From contig OY970212.1 in the NCBI GenBank assembly GCA_963713925.1, forward strand, positions 1,152,001-1,216,000: a stretch of DNA of 64,000 nt. The letters are read 5' to 3'. Shown here piece by piece: positions 55,579 to 64,000 of the stretch. The position numbers were made by a program, and so were the translations under genes. The notes below the pieces were generated by a model. The model saw nothing but the letters and a program-made list of their open reading frames with translations. It did no database searches and had not been told where the DNA came from. Positions within the stretch are counted from its first letter, which is position 1. Each line of letters starts with the position of its first letter. This stretch comes from an uncultured bacterium (lineage in GTDB: Bacteria > Babelota > Babeliae > Babelales > Vermiphilaceae).

Positions 55579-55995
55579 ATGATATCAGGAAATTGGGAAC
55601 GATGGGAACCCATACCAAATCTTTGCGCAAAATATTCCGCAGAAAGTATTATAGAAGATGGCGAAATTTCGATAGTCTTATTTGATCAAAAAAATGAGAC
55701 TCACAAGCTTTTGTTAAAGATTCGAGCTCTGTACGCTTATATGGTAACTCAAAATTCTTTCAGCGATAAACTTTTTAGTGACCTACAAGAAAAATATGGT
55801 CCTGAATTTCACAATCATTGGACCTTTTTCAAAGTTAATAATTCCGACTTTGTCAAGTGGGTTGAACAGGAATCATGCACTATCGCATCTAGTTGGGCCA
55901 CTAAAGAAAAGCCCATGCAACATGTTTGCCTTTTAACCATGGAGGAAGTTATAGATATCATAGTTTATGGAGAACCGAAAGTTACCTTGCTATGA
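55579..55995 (+). CDS. Putative immunity protein 2 (paralog)
   Basis: Same motifs as 55150-55557. Confidence 0.75.
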   Translation: MISGNWERWEPIPNLCAKYSAESIIEDGEISIVLFDQKNETHKLLLKIRALYAYMVTQNSFSDKLFSDLQEKYGPEFHNHWTFFKVNNSDFVKWVEQESCTIASSWATKEKPMQHVCLLTMEEVIDIIVYGEPKVTLL

Positions 55996-56071
55996 TTCCT
56001 GAAAATTGAAAGTGTGGTGTGGATAGACTTGGCAAGTATCAAGCAACAACGCTATAAGAAGCAAGACAACC

Positions 56072-56152
56072 CATGCCCTAATCACTGGCCGCAACAATCC
56101 GCGGCAGATTACTTGTGGAATAAATAGTGAATTAGTAAGAATTATAGTATAA
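56072..56152 (+). repeat. Diverged direct repeat of the last 27 codons of alr (53818-53898)
   Basis: HALITGRNNPRQITCGINSELVRIIV* versus HAEITGCNNPRQITCGINGELVRRTI*, ungapped 81 bp. Confidence 0.93.
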
Positions 56153-56208
56153 ACAAAATGAGCATTGATTATCTCAATGCTCAATGAAAATACATGTTTC
56201 CGGTATGC

Positions 56209-57156
56209 TTAGGCAGCTTCAGTCATTTCTTTCAAGGCCTTTTCTCTATCACTAGTGAGTGGGTGTGTTTTAAAAAGAGTTGCCCATTTTTTGAGTGCTT
56301 GAGCTAATAAGCTCTCTTGACGCTCAGCAAGCCTTTCAATCTTTTCTATGCCGGATATCAATGAGTTGGCATCTTGACCAATTTTAATTGCCATAGCATC
56401 AGCCTCATATTCAAATCGGCGATTGCAGGCCTTTTGCCCCATTGTAAGCAGGAAATTGACTGCATGACCAACTCCGGCATAAATTCCATAACCAATTAAT
56501 CTATATTTTGTCATGAACCAATAATATTGTGCGTCATCAATTCCTAACGATTTGCCCAAGCGTGACCCGTAAGTCACAAGCAGGGACAATACTGTTGCCG
56601 AAGTAACTAGATTCGTCCCATACTTATATTTTTCAATCTTGCTTGTTTTGTTAAAATAATCCTGTTTGATATGCCCGTATTCGTGCAATAAAATAGCATG
56701 CAGCTCCTGGTAAGTCAGAGCGTAGGTAGGATGAGTCAATACTTCTATCCCAATAGCAAGATACGGTTTTGCTGTTAAACTAGGTTGAAATACACCAATG
56801 TTGCACAGTAATCCATCACCCAAAATCTTTCCATCCGTTCTTGTTGTAGCAGATCCTTTGTAAACATATGCGACTGGAGCTTCGATGCCAGATTCAGCCG
56901 CCGCTTGACCGATCAAATCATACAAAGTAGGCATACGAGTGGGATCTATCAAAACCTTATCATACAAATCCTGATATGCTTGAGCGCCCAATTGCTTCTG
57001 CAACACGCTCTCACATGCCGCAAACTCTTGCCGTACTTTTTGGGTCAAATCTTCAGAAACAACATTCTCTGGTTTGTGCAAATCAATCTCATGCGATGCA
57101 TTCATTGATAACATAGATGCAAATACAAACAAGCAAAAAATCTTATGATAATTCAT
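56209..57156 (-). CDS. M48 family zinc metallopeptidase, exported
   Basis: LLHEYGH, RRFEYEAD, THPL..DR. Confidence 0.88.
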   Translation of the reverse strand: MNYHKIFCLFVFASMLSMNASHEIDLHKPENVVSEDLTQKVRQEFAACESVLQKQLGAQAYQDLYDKVLIDPTRMPTLYDLIGQAAAESGIEAPVAYVYKGSATTRTDGKILGDGLLCNIGVFQPSLTAKPYLAIGIEVLTHPTYALTYQELHAILLHEYGHIKQDYFNKTSKIEKYKYGTNLVTSATVLSLLVTYGSRLGKSLGIDDAQYYWFMTKYRLIGYGIYAGVGHAVNFLLTMGQKACNRRFEYEADAMAIKIGQDANSLISGIEKIERLAERQESLLAQALKKWATLFKTHPLTSDREKALKEMTEAA

Positions 57157-57414
57157 AGGGGAAAAAACCTCGATAAAGGTGCTTACAGACAGGGGAATAT
57201 AGAATATTTTTAATTATGGCAGAAATATCCTAAAAAACAATAAAAGCTGAAATTACTAGATACGACAACCCACGACAAATTACTTGTAGGATTAATGGTG
57301 AAATGGTGAGGGTTGTAGCCTGAAAAATGTCTCCCCCCCCATTTGCCACCTTTCTACACTTGTGATATTCTAATAGAAATTAGATATCGATGTGGTTTAT
57401 TAGAAAGGAACAAT

Positions 57415-57819
57415 ATGAACACAAAAATAATGGCGGTAGCTCTTTTAGGTCTCTTGGCAATAACCTGTGATTCTCAGGCTATGATGCAGCAAACACTCGG
57501 CAGAAATGTTGTTCGCAGAATAGCCTCTTTGACAAAAAACTCGCATATCCAAAAGCGCTTACATTTTAGCCGACCGGACCATGGAAGAGAAGTAAATCCA
57601 ACTGAAATTAATCCAATAGATGGATTTGTGGCAGGAGGAATTTGTGGACCAATGAGCGGTATGTTATTGACGAATATATTTTCTGATTATAACTCAAACA
57701 TAGCTGTACCAATTTTTCTCATTACAACACCCGCAACAGGCTTCTGGCTTAGCGGCCCGGCCGGAGCGATAGGATCAATCGCCGGTATATGGCTTTATCA
57801 CAAATTCGGTGTTATATAA
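57415..57819 (+). CDS. Hypothetical secreted protein with Arg-rich post-signal segment and Gly-rich C-terminal helices
   Basis: SD AAGGA; MNTKIMAVALLGLLAITCDSQA-MMQQ... Confidence 0.78.
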   Translation: MNTKIMAVALLGLLAITCDSQAMMQQTLGRNVVRRIASLTKNSHIQKRLHFSRPDHGREVNPTEINPIDGFVAGGICGPMSGMLLTNIFSDYNSNIAVPIFLITTPATGFWLSGPAGAIGSIAGIWLYHKFGVI

Positions 57820-57875
57820 AAATCTAAAACTGAAACTGAAATAGCGGCCGGATACAACAGCCGCTATTTATTTTG

Positions 57876-58020
57876 AGTGCTTATACGAAAATTAAGCCTT
57901 CTGAATAAAAAAGGTCAGTTGTCAAGAGGCGCTTGTTTCAGCGTCTAGGTTAAATAGATCCTGAAATAAATTCAGGATGACAGAGTGTTAAGGAACTTTC
58001 GGGAGATTCGGATAAACTCT
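57876..58020. mobile_element. Family A MITE, copy 3 (no insert)
   Basis: Colinear with the reverse complement of 38612-38810 minus its insert. Confidence 0.85.
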
Positions 58021-58113
58021 TGAACACAATTTTTTTTACCGTTCGTATGGTTCGATTTCGCTGCGCTGCACTCACCACGAACGGTGGGAACATTTTTCAA
58101 GGATCAACGGAAT
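58020..58113. mobile_element. Family B MITE/REP element
   Basis: CCGTTCGTATGGTTCGA...CTCACCACGAACGG...TCAACGGAAT. Confidence 0.75.
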
Positions 58114-58151
58114 ATAGCGATACATCACAATCGACATTGATAAAATTAAAA

Positions 58152-58322
58152 ATCGATGCAGCTTCATTCGGACCATTAAGAGATTTGTGAAACAAATCAC
58201 GTGTGGTCGAACCTGAAGCGATTACAGCGGTTTCTTAAGGCAGCCGGCCTTAAGTGCCTGGATTCCAAAGGAGGTGGCAGCACCTCGCTTTGGCGCCCGT
58301 CTCCGCGGAGGAGACTATTTCT
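58152..58322. ncRNA. Candidate structured RNA, unassigned
   Basis: Four consecutive GC-rich hairpins unlike the repeat families. Confidence 0.35.
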
Positions 58323-60570
58323 TACTGCTATACCCACATTTTTTGTCAGAACATAACAATGTCACCGTTCCGTCTTTTGCTACCTTTTTAATCAAGAATG
58401 GCAATTTACATTGTGGACATGGTGTTTCTTCAATATCGCCAAAGACTGCAAACTTACATTTTGGATAGTTTGCGCATCCCCAGAAGGTGCCACCTCTCCA
58501 GCGACGTTGCACCACTTCTCCACCATCAAGCGGACAAGGGAATGATGCTTTCACATGATGAATGTATTTACAATCAGGGTATCCGGAGCATGCAATAAAC
58601 GGTCCAAATTTTCCAATCACTTGACGCAATGGCTTGCCACAATTTGGACAAACTTCATCAAGCACTTTCGGCGGTTCAATTTTGACCAGCTCTATGTTGC
58701 CTTGCTCATCTCGCTTGAAATTGCTCGTGAACTTACACTCAGGATAGCCTAAACACCCTAAGAATTCTCCTGCTTTTCCAAAGCGAATGGCTAGCTTGTG
58801 CTTACCACATTCCGGGCAGGTGATGTCAGTAGGCTCGGCAAGTTTTTTGCCGTCTTTGCCTTTAAATTCTTCCACATCCTTATGGAACACTTCATAAAAC
58901 TCAGTGAGCAATGTGTCGCGCTTGAGATTTCCGTTTGCGATCTTATCAAGATCTTCTTCCATGAGCGCGGTGAACTTAAAGTCCATAATTTTTGGCATGT
59001 TCTCGACCAACAATTTGACGACTGTCATACCAAGTTCAGTTGGTGTAAATCGCTTTTTGGTATCAAGTGCCGTATATTGACGCGCTTGAATGGTATTAAG
59101 AATTGCAGCATAGGTACTTGGTCGGCCAATGCCTTCTTTTTCCATCTCCTTAACAAGCGAAGCTTCCGTATATTTTGGCGGTGGCTGAGTAAAGTGTTGC
59201 TTTGGCGTCACTTTCTTAAGATCAAGTTTTTCTTTAGCCTTTAAATCTTGCGGAATTACTACTTTTTCTTCTTTTTCATCCTCATCGGCTGCATATACCT
59301 TTAAGAATCCATCAAACAAGAGCGTCGATCCGGTCACTTTAAAGACAAGATCATTTCCAGAGATAACGACTTGGCGCTGCGCATATAATGCAGATTCCAT
59401 TTGGCACGCAATAAAGCGCTTCCAAATCAGCTCATATAATTTTGCTAAATCTTTTGATAAAAACTTTGATGCTTGTTCAGGAGTGATAAATGCATCAATC
59501 GGACGAATTGCCTCGTGGGCATCTTGCGCTTTTGCTTTTGATTTACCACTTTTTTCATACATATTTGCTTTTGATGGTAAATACTCTTTTGCAAAGGTTT
59601 TTCCAACATAATCACGGGCTTGTTTAAGCGCGGTGTCTGACAAACGAAGTGAGTCGGTACGCATATAAGTGATTAACGCAACGGGAGTCGACGCATCTTC
59701 AAGCGGCACACCTTCATAGAGTTGCTGCGCCAATTGCATCGTTTTTTTAACACTAAAGCCCAAACGATTAAAGGCAGCTTGCTGCAAGGTACTCGTCATA
59801 AAGGGCGGCAGAGGATTTTTTGTACGCTGTTTATCAGTGATAGATTCAACGATAAACGACGATTGCTTAATTTGCTTGACCGCGGCATCAGCTTGTTCTT
59901 TGTTGCCAATTTCAGCCTTTTTCTTTTTGATTTCGGCTAACTGAGCTTCAAAGAGTTCACCCTTATGCGCAAATTGAGCCAAAATACTCCAATATTCTTC
60001 TGGCTTGAAGGCACGAATTGCTTCTTCACGATCAGCAATTAAGCGTAATGCAACCGATTGCACACGGCCTGCGCTGAGCCCTGGGGATAATTTTTTCCAT
60101 AAAATAGGCGAAACTTCATAGCCCACCCAGCGATCTAAAATACGGCGCGCTTGCTGAGCCCCCACCTTATCAAGATCAATGTCGCCCGGATGTTCTATCG
60201 CCTCGACAACAGCAGGTTTGGTAATTTCGTTGAAGCTAATGCGGTGTATTTGAGCACCTTTTTTCAACACTTTTTTAATTTCTTGCTCAACGTGCCACGC
60301 AATGATTTCCCCTTCACGATCGGGGTCAGGCGCTAAATAAATTTCATCGGCAGTTGAAGCAGCTTTGCAGATTTCAGCAATCGTTTTCTCTTTGTTTTCT
60401 ATCGGCACATACTGAATATCAATACCTTTTTTGGTGATAGAAACACCCGTTTCCTTGGACGGCAAATCCATAATATGCCCCATGGTGGACATAATCTTGA
60501 ATTCTTTACCCAAGAATTTACTGATCGTTTTGATTTTTGCGGGAGATTCTACAATTAAAAGTTTTTTCAT
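58315..60570 (-). CDS. topA: DNA topoisomerase I
   Basis: LIVESPAK, DPDREGE, SAGRVQS, LITYMRTDS, QDAHEAIRP, GIGRPSTY, C4 zinc ribbons. Confidence 0.98.
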   Translation of the reverse strand: MKKLLIVESPAKIKTISKFLGKEFKIMSTMGHIMDLPSKETGVSITKKGIDIQYVPIENKEKTIAEICKAASTADEIYLAPDPDREGEIIAWHVEQEIKKVLKKGAQIHRISFNEITKPAVVEAIEHPGDIDLDKVGAQQARRILDRWVGYEVSPILWKKLSPGLSAGRVQSVALRLIADREEAIRAFKPEEYWSILAQFAHKGELFEAQLAEIKKKKAEIGNKEQADAAVKQIKQSSFIVESITDKQRTKNPLPPFMTSTLQQAAFNRLGFSVKKTMQLAQQLYEGVPLEDASTPVALITYMRTDSLRLSDTALKQARDYVGKTFAKEYLPSKANMYEKSGKSKAKAQDAHEAIRPIDAFITPEQASKFLSKDLAKLYELIWKRFIACQMESALYAQRQVVISGNDLVFKVTGSTLLFDGFLKVYAADEDEKEEKVVIPQDLKAKEKLDLKKVTPKQHFTQPPPKYTEASLVKEMEKEGIGRPSTYAAILNTIQARQYTALDTKKRFTPTELGMTVVKLLVENMPKIMDFKFTALMEEDLDKIANGNLKRDTLLTEFYEVFHKDVEEFKGKDGKKLAEPTDITCPECGKHKLAIRFGKAGEFLGCLGYPECKFTSNFKRDEQGNIELVKIEPPKVLDEVCPNCGKPLRQVIGKFGPFIACSGYPDCKYIHHVKASFPCPLDGGEVVQRRWRGGTFWGCANYPKCKFAVFGDIEETPCPQCKLPFLIKKVAKDGTVTLLCSDKKCGYSSKK

Positions 60571-60676
60571 GGCCTACTACTTATTTTGCTCGAAATCTGT
60601 TACTCAAGCTCTGGGCTTAAAAGGTGTTAAATGTATAATTTTGTAACAGCTTCGAATATTTTGTCTACTAAATTTT

Positions 60677-60851
60677 TTACCCAATCCCACTCGCGTTACG
60701 AATGAGGGCCCCGTTTTACCCCAGGAACCTTTATTTTTTACCTCAAATCTGTCTAATGCTCAGATTCTCAGCCTTAATATCTACCCCTCATAGACTTCGC
60801 CAATCCGCTTTCGCCGAGGCTACAGCGTGACAAGAGCTACGTCTGATCAGG
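60677..60851. repeat. Family C and nested family D palindromes upstream of topA
   Basis: TTACCC...GAGGGCCCCG; AGACTTCGCC[...TTCGCCGAGGCTACAGCGTGACAAG]AGCTACGTCT. Confidence 0.65.
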
Positions 60852-61048
60852 GGCGCCCAGGTTTGTACCCCTGTAAAACCCGGTGAACTGGGACAATTTA
60901 TCCCGGTTCTCTTTATATGTTATGCAAAATATTTTCAAAATGTCAAATTTTATAAGAATCGGCCAAAAATTCTGGTTGAAATCTCCGTTTTCACGAAAAA
61001 GCCCCCGGAAACCGAGGGCTAAAAACCTGTAAAGCGAAATCTATATGA

Positions 61049-61558
61049 TTACTTTGTTGCTTTTTTTTCTACGTAAGAATTATTAAAATCTCGCTGCTTT
61101 TGAGTTAAATCTCGTTGCTCTTTCATTTCATCAAGAGTCTTGTTTAATAACCAAAGCATTTTGCAAAGAGATTTGTCCTCTCCATATGCCTTATTGCACT
61201 CATATCTCACCCCATATACACTAGGCTTGATTTGCTTATAACCGAAGCGTGTTCCAAACCAACCGGCTTGATGAACACCCTCTCTCATATCTTTAAACGG
61301 ATAGTCTTCTTTTGATTCAGTAACGATTAAAGCGGATTCATTTTTTCCTACTACAAGAGAAAAGTTATTGCCATACCAGTTATTTTCAATAATTTTAAAA
61401 AGCATATCGAATGCAACTAAATCTTTTCTAGCCAAATCCGTAAACACTTTACCCAAAGTAGCTTTTATTTCGTTCTTAGGCTGTTGATCAACCGTTGGTT
61501 TTTCTTCGGCAAAAAGAGATGCGCTCAATAAGCATGCCGACAACAATAGTGTTTTCAT
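61049..61558 (-). CDS. Hypothetical secreted protein
   Basis: Signal peptide MKTLLLSACLLSASLFA; SD AGGGG; hairpin at 60996-61025. Confidence 0.8.
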   Translation of the reverse strand: MKTLLLSACLLSASLFAEEKPTVDQQPKNEIKATLGKVFTDLARKDLVAFDMLFKIIENNWYGNNFSLVVGKNESALIVTESKEDYPFKDMREGVHQAGWFGTRFGYKQIKPSVYGVRYECNKAYGEDKSLCKMLWLLNKTLDEMKEQRDLTQKQRDFNNSYVEKKATK

Positions 61559-61625
61559 AAAAAACCCCTAAAATAATGGTTGAACATTGTTTTTAAGGAT
61601 CTCATATTTATACAAAAAGGCAATA

Positions 61626-61784
61626 TTATTTCCCTTTGGAATGCGCCCCCATATGCCGAGCGCGAATGCTTGCCTCTGCTTTTTCCTTGGTATCTGAATG
61701 GGCTATGACGCTCCATTTTCCCCGTTCAAATTTTAATATGGGCCACCCTTTTGTCTTTGTTTTTTTCCCAACCTTATATGGCAT
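61626..61784 (-). CDS. Small basic protein, 52 aa
   Basis: Not in the ORF track; SD AAGGAG; MPYKVGKKTKTKGWPILKFERGKWSVIAHSDTKEKAEASIRARHMGAHSKGK. Confidence 0.7.
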   Translation of the reverse strand: MPYKVGKKTKTKGWPILKFERGKWSVIAHSDTKEKAEASIRARHMGAHSKGK

Positions 61785-61928
61785 ACAAAATCTCCTTTTT
61801 ACGACATATAACTGTAAAAAACAATAGAAAAATTAAGAAATATCACGCAATAATCAGAATAAATGCATTTGACCGGATACATTTTTCTTTGTATGATCCT
61901 CCCAAATCCATTATCAAGGAAGGATCGT

Positions 61929-62996
61929 ATGAAACATATTCTTATTATAAGCCTACTCTCTCCATTCCTCATGCATGGCATGTTAAGCCGCCAAATCAAA
62001 CCTCACAATAATTTTCATCGAAACCAGTATCAATCTAAATCCTCACATTCCATAATTCGCAACGAAACAATAGTCTCGACATGTCTTCAGTCTGCCCAGA
62101 CGCAACAAAGACGTAATTTTGCCGATTCACTAAAACCCTTTCTCATAATTCCTCAGCAAAAATGTGCGGTTGTGCAACGATTGGGGAAATATAATAGAAC
62201 AATGAAAGCCGGACTCAATTTCAAATGGCCTCTTATAGAATCGACACGACCATGTGGCGGTGAAACCAAAATTGATTTGAGAGAACAAGTTCATGACTTG
62301 CCGAAACAATCAGTCATCACACGCGACAATGTTGAAATGAGCATTAATGGAGTTGTTTATTATCGAATAGAAGATCCTGAAAAAGCTCTCTATGAAATCG
62401 ATTATTACCCGAACGCGATTCAAAAATTAAGCCTCACCACATTGCGCAACATCATAGGCTCAATGTTTTTTGATGAAACGCTGACATCACGAGATCAGAT
62501 CAATAAAACATTATGCAAATCACTTGATGGAAGCACTGATAAGTGGGGAATCGAGGTTACTCGCGTTGAGCTTCAAGAAATTACACCTCCACGAGACATT
62601 TTACGCGCTATGGAACAACAAATGACCGCTGAGAGATCTCGCAGAGCATTGGTAACTGAAGCTGAAGGAAAACGTGAAGCAATGACAAAAAATGCCGAAG
62701 GTGAAAGCTTTTATCGCATTAAGCTCGCTGAGGCACAAAACCAAGCAACTATCCTTGAAGCGCAAGCAGCTGCTCAATCAAGAACTTTGCGAGCAAATGC
62801 AGAAGCGGAAGCTCTGAAAGTCATTGCAAATGCTACCAAGCAAGACGCTGCTGACTATCTCAAAGCAATTGAATATATACGCATGTTACCAGAACTCACA
62901 AAAGGCAAAGACGATAAGCTGGTGATTGTTCCAACGGAACTCAGCGGCCTTGCCGGACTTGTAACAACCATTAAGTCTTTGGCAAAAAGCGAGTAA
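61929..62996 (+). CDS. SPFH/stomatin family protein (QmcA/SLP-2-like)
   Basis: VVQRLGKY, IDLREQ, QSVITRDNV, TTLRNIIG, WGIEVTRVE, QMTAER.RRA..AEG. Confidence 0.93.
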   Translation: MKHILIISLLSPFLMHGMLSRQIKPHNNFHRNQYQSKSSHSIIRNETIVSTCLQSAQTQQRRNFADSLKPFLIIPQQKCAVVQRLGKYNRTMKAGLNFKWPLIESTRPCGGETKIDLREQVHDLPKQSVITRDNVEMSINGVVYYRIEDPEKALYEIDYYPNAIQKLSLTTLRNIIGSMFFDETLTSRDQINKTLCKSLDGSTDKWGIEVTRVELQEITPPRDILRAMEQQMTAERSRRALVTEAEGKREAMTKNAEGESFYRIKLAEAQNQATILEAQAAAQSRTLRANAEAEALKVIANATKQDAADYLKAIEYIRMLPELTKGKDDKLVIVPTELSGLAGLVTTIKSLAKSE

Positions 62997-63022
62997 GCAC
63001 TATAGCTCAATAACTTACTATT

Positions 63023-63061
63023 CACAGACTCTGAATGATCATTCAGAGTCTGTGTTATTTT
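63023..63061. terminator. Hairpin between the convergent SPFH and ldh genes
   Basis: CACAGACTCTGAATGATCATTCAGAGTCTGTG perfect palindrome. Confidence 0.75.
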
Positions 63062-63960
63062 AAATCTCGCATATATTCTTTTATTGTCGCAACTGACTTC
63101 TCTAAATCTTTCTGTTCTCTTTCATCAAGCTCCGGAATCAGTATCTTCTCAACACCCTGACATCCTAACACAGCGGGCATGCTCAAGCAGACATCATATG
63201 ATTCCAAATAACATGAAACAGGGGCAATACGTTTTGTATCAAGCACAATATTTTGGCAATATGCGGCAACACATGAGGCAACTCCAAATGCGGTCGATCC
63301 TTTGCATGCAATAATCTCATATGCTTTTGCTTTCGCCTTACGGACCATTTCCTCAAGTTCTTCTTGAGCAATATATTCAGATAATGGAACGCCTGCTATA
63401 TCTGCATGCGAGCGAACAAGAAATTGTGTATCGCCATGTTCTCCCACGATGTACAGATGTATTGATTGCTGAGCAACTCCAAGTTTTTGTCCAACTAATG
63501 CGCGTAAGCGCTGCGTATCAAGCATCGTGCCTGAGCCAAAGACTTGATTTCTGCTCAAGCCGGAAGTTTTTTGCACCAAGCGGGTTATAACATCAACGGG
63601 GTTAGTCACCACAATAATAATGGCCTGCTTATTAATTGGCTGCATCTGAGCAATAATATCTGCGACCAGCTTTTGATTTGTTTGCAGCAGTTCAACGCGA
63701 GTCTGCCCAGGTTTTTGCGGAATTCCCGCTGTGAAAATGATGATGTCAGATGTCGCAGCATCTTTAAGGCTTGCCTGCTTTACACATGATGTGCTACTAA
63801 ATGATAATGCATCTTCCAAATCACTTATTTCGCCCTTACATTTTATATCATTACTATCAACAAGCAGTATTTCTGCGGCAACATTTTTCATAATTAATGT
63901 ATATGCAATAGTAGACCCCACTGCTCCTGCTCCGATTACCGCAATACGCGTTTGCTTCAT
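63055..63960 (-). CDS. ldh: L-lactate dehydrogenase
   Basis: GAGAVG, TAGIPQKPGQTR (Gln at the specificity position), TNPVD, SGTMLDTQR, GEHGD. Confidence 0.9.
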   Translation of the reverse strand: MKQTRIAVIGAGAVGSTIAYTLIMKNVAAEILLVDSNDIKCKGEISDLEDALSFSSTSCVKQASLKDAATSDIIIFTAGIPQKPGQTRVELLQTNQKLVADIIAQMQPINKQAIIIVVTNPVDVITRLVQKTSGLSRNQVFGSGTMLDTQRLRALVGQKLGVAQQSIHLYIVGEHGDTQFLVRSHADIAGVPLSEYIAQEELEEMVRKAKAKAYEIIACKGSTAFGVASCVAAYCQNIVLDTKRIAPVSCYLESYDVCLSMPAVLGCQGVEKILIPELDEREQKDLEKSVATIKEYMRDLK

Positions 63961-64000
63961 AGTCAAAAACCTTTTCTTAATAGATTTATTTACGCTCATC

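Noticed and set aside
58170..58215. Group II intron domain V (GAAA loop, AC bulge)
   Set aside because: Lacks the AGC/CGC catalytic triad and a following domain VI; no reverse transcriptase nearby.
60740..60790. TPP riboswitch (GCTGAGA on the minus strand)
   Set aside because: The remaining conserved elements (ACCTGA, GTAGG) are not in place, and the downstream gene is topA.

Overview
AT-rich bacterial chromosome segment, genetic code 11. The mix of housekeeping genes with many signal-peptide-bearing orphans suggests a protist-associated bacterium, most likely Candidatus Dependentiae (TM6/Babeliae); this is inferred from gene style, not from a search. Core genes: secA (5' part), efp, nusB, trxA, cysS, bamA, trhO, murB, yhhQ, tpiA, hup, tRNA-Leu/Cys, lepB, batABCDE, plsC, alr, topA, ldh. 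Accessory highlights: (1) a 13.5-kb tandem array of five secreted collagen-like proteins (delta-60-type propeller repeats, Ig-like domain, GXT stalks of very different length, BclA-like tips) with signs of domain shuffling; (2) several palindromic REP/MITE families that nest inside each other, attach to tRNA CCA ends and enter coding sequence in frame; (3) a Hint-like polymorphic toxin plus two immunity genes, bracketed by an 81-bp diverged duplicate of the alr 3' end; (4) an M23 peptidase that appears to need an ATT start and a -1 frameshift at A_AAA_AAG; (5) secreted proteins whose signal peptide is followed by a mitochondrial-presequence-like segment; (6) an unassigned multi-hairpin RNA candidate downstream of topA. 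No CRISPR array, rRNA or intact transposase/integrase was seen.
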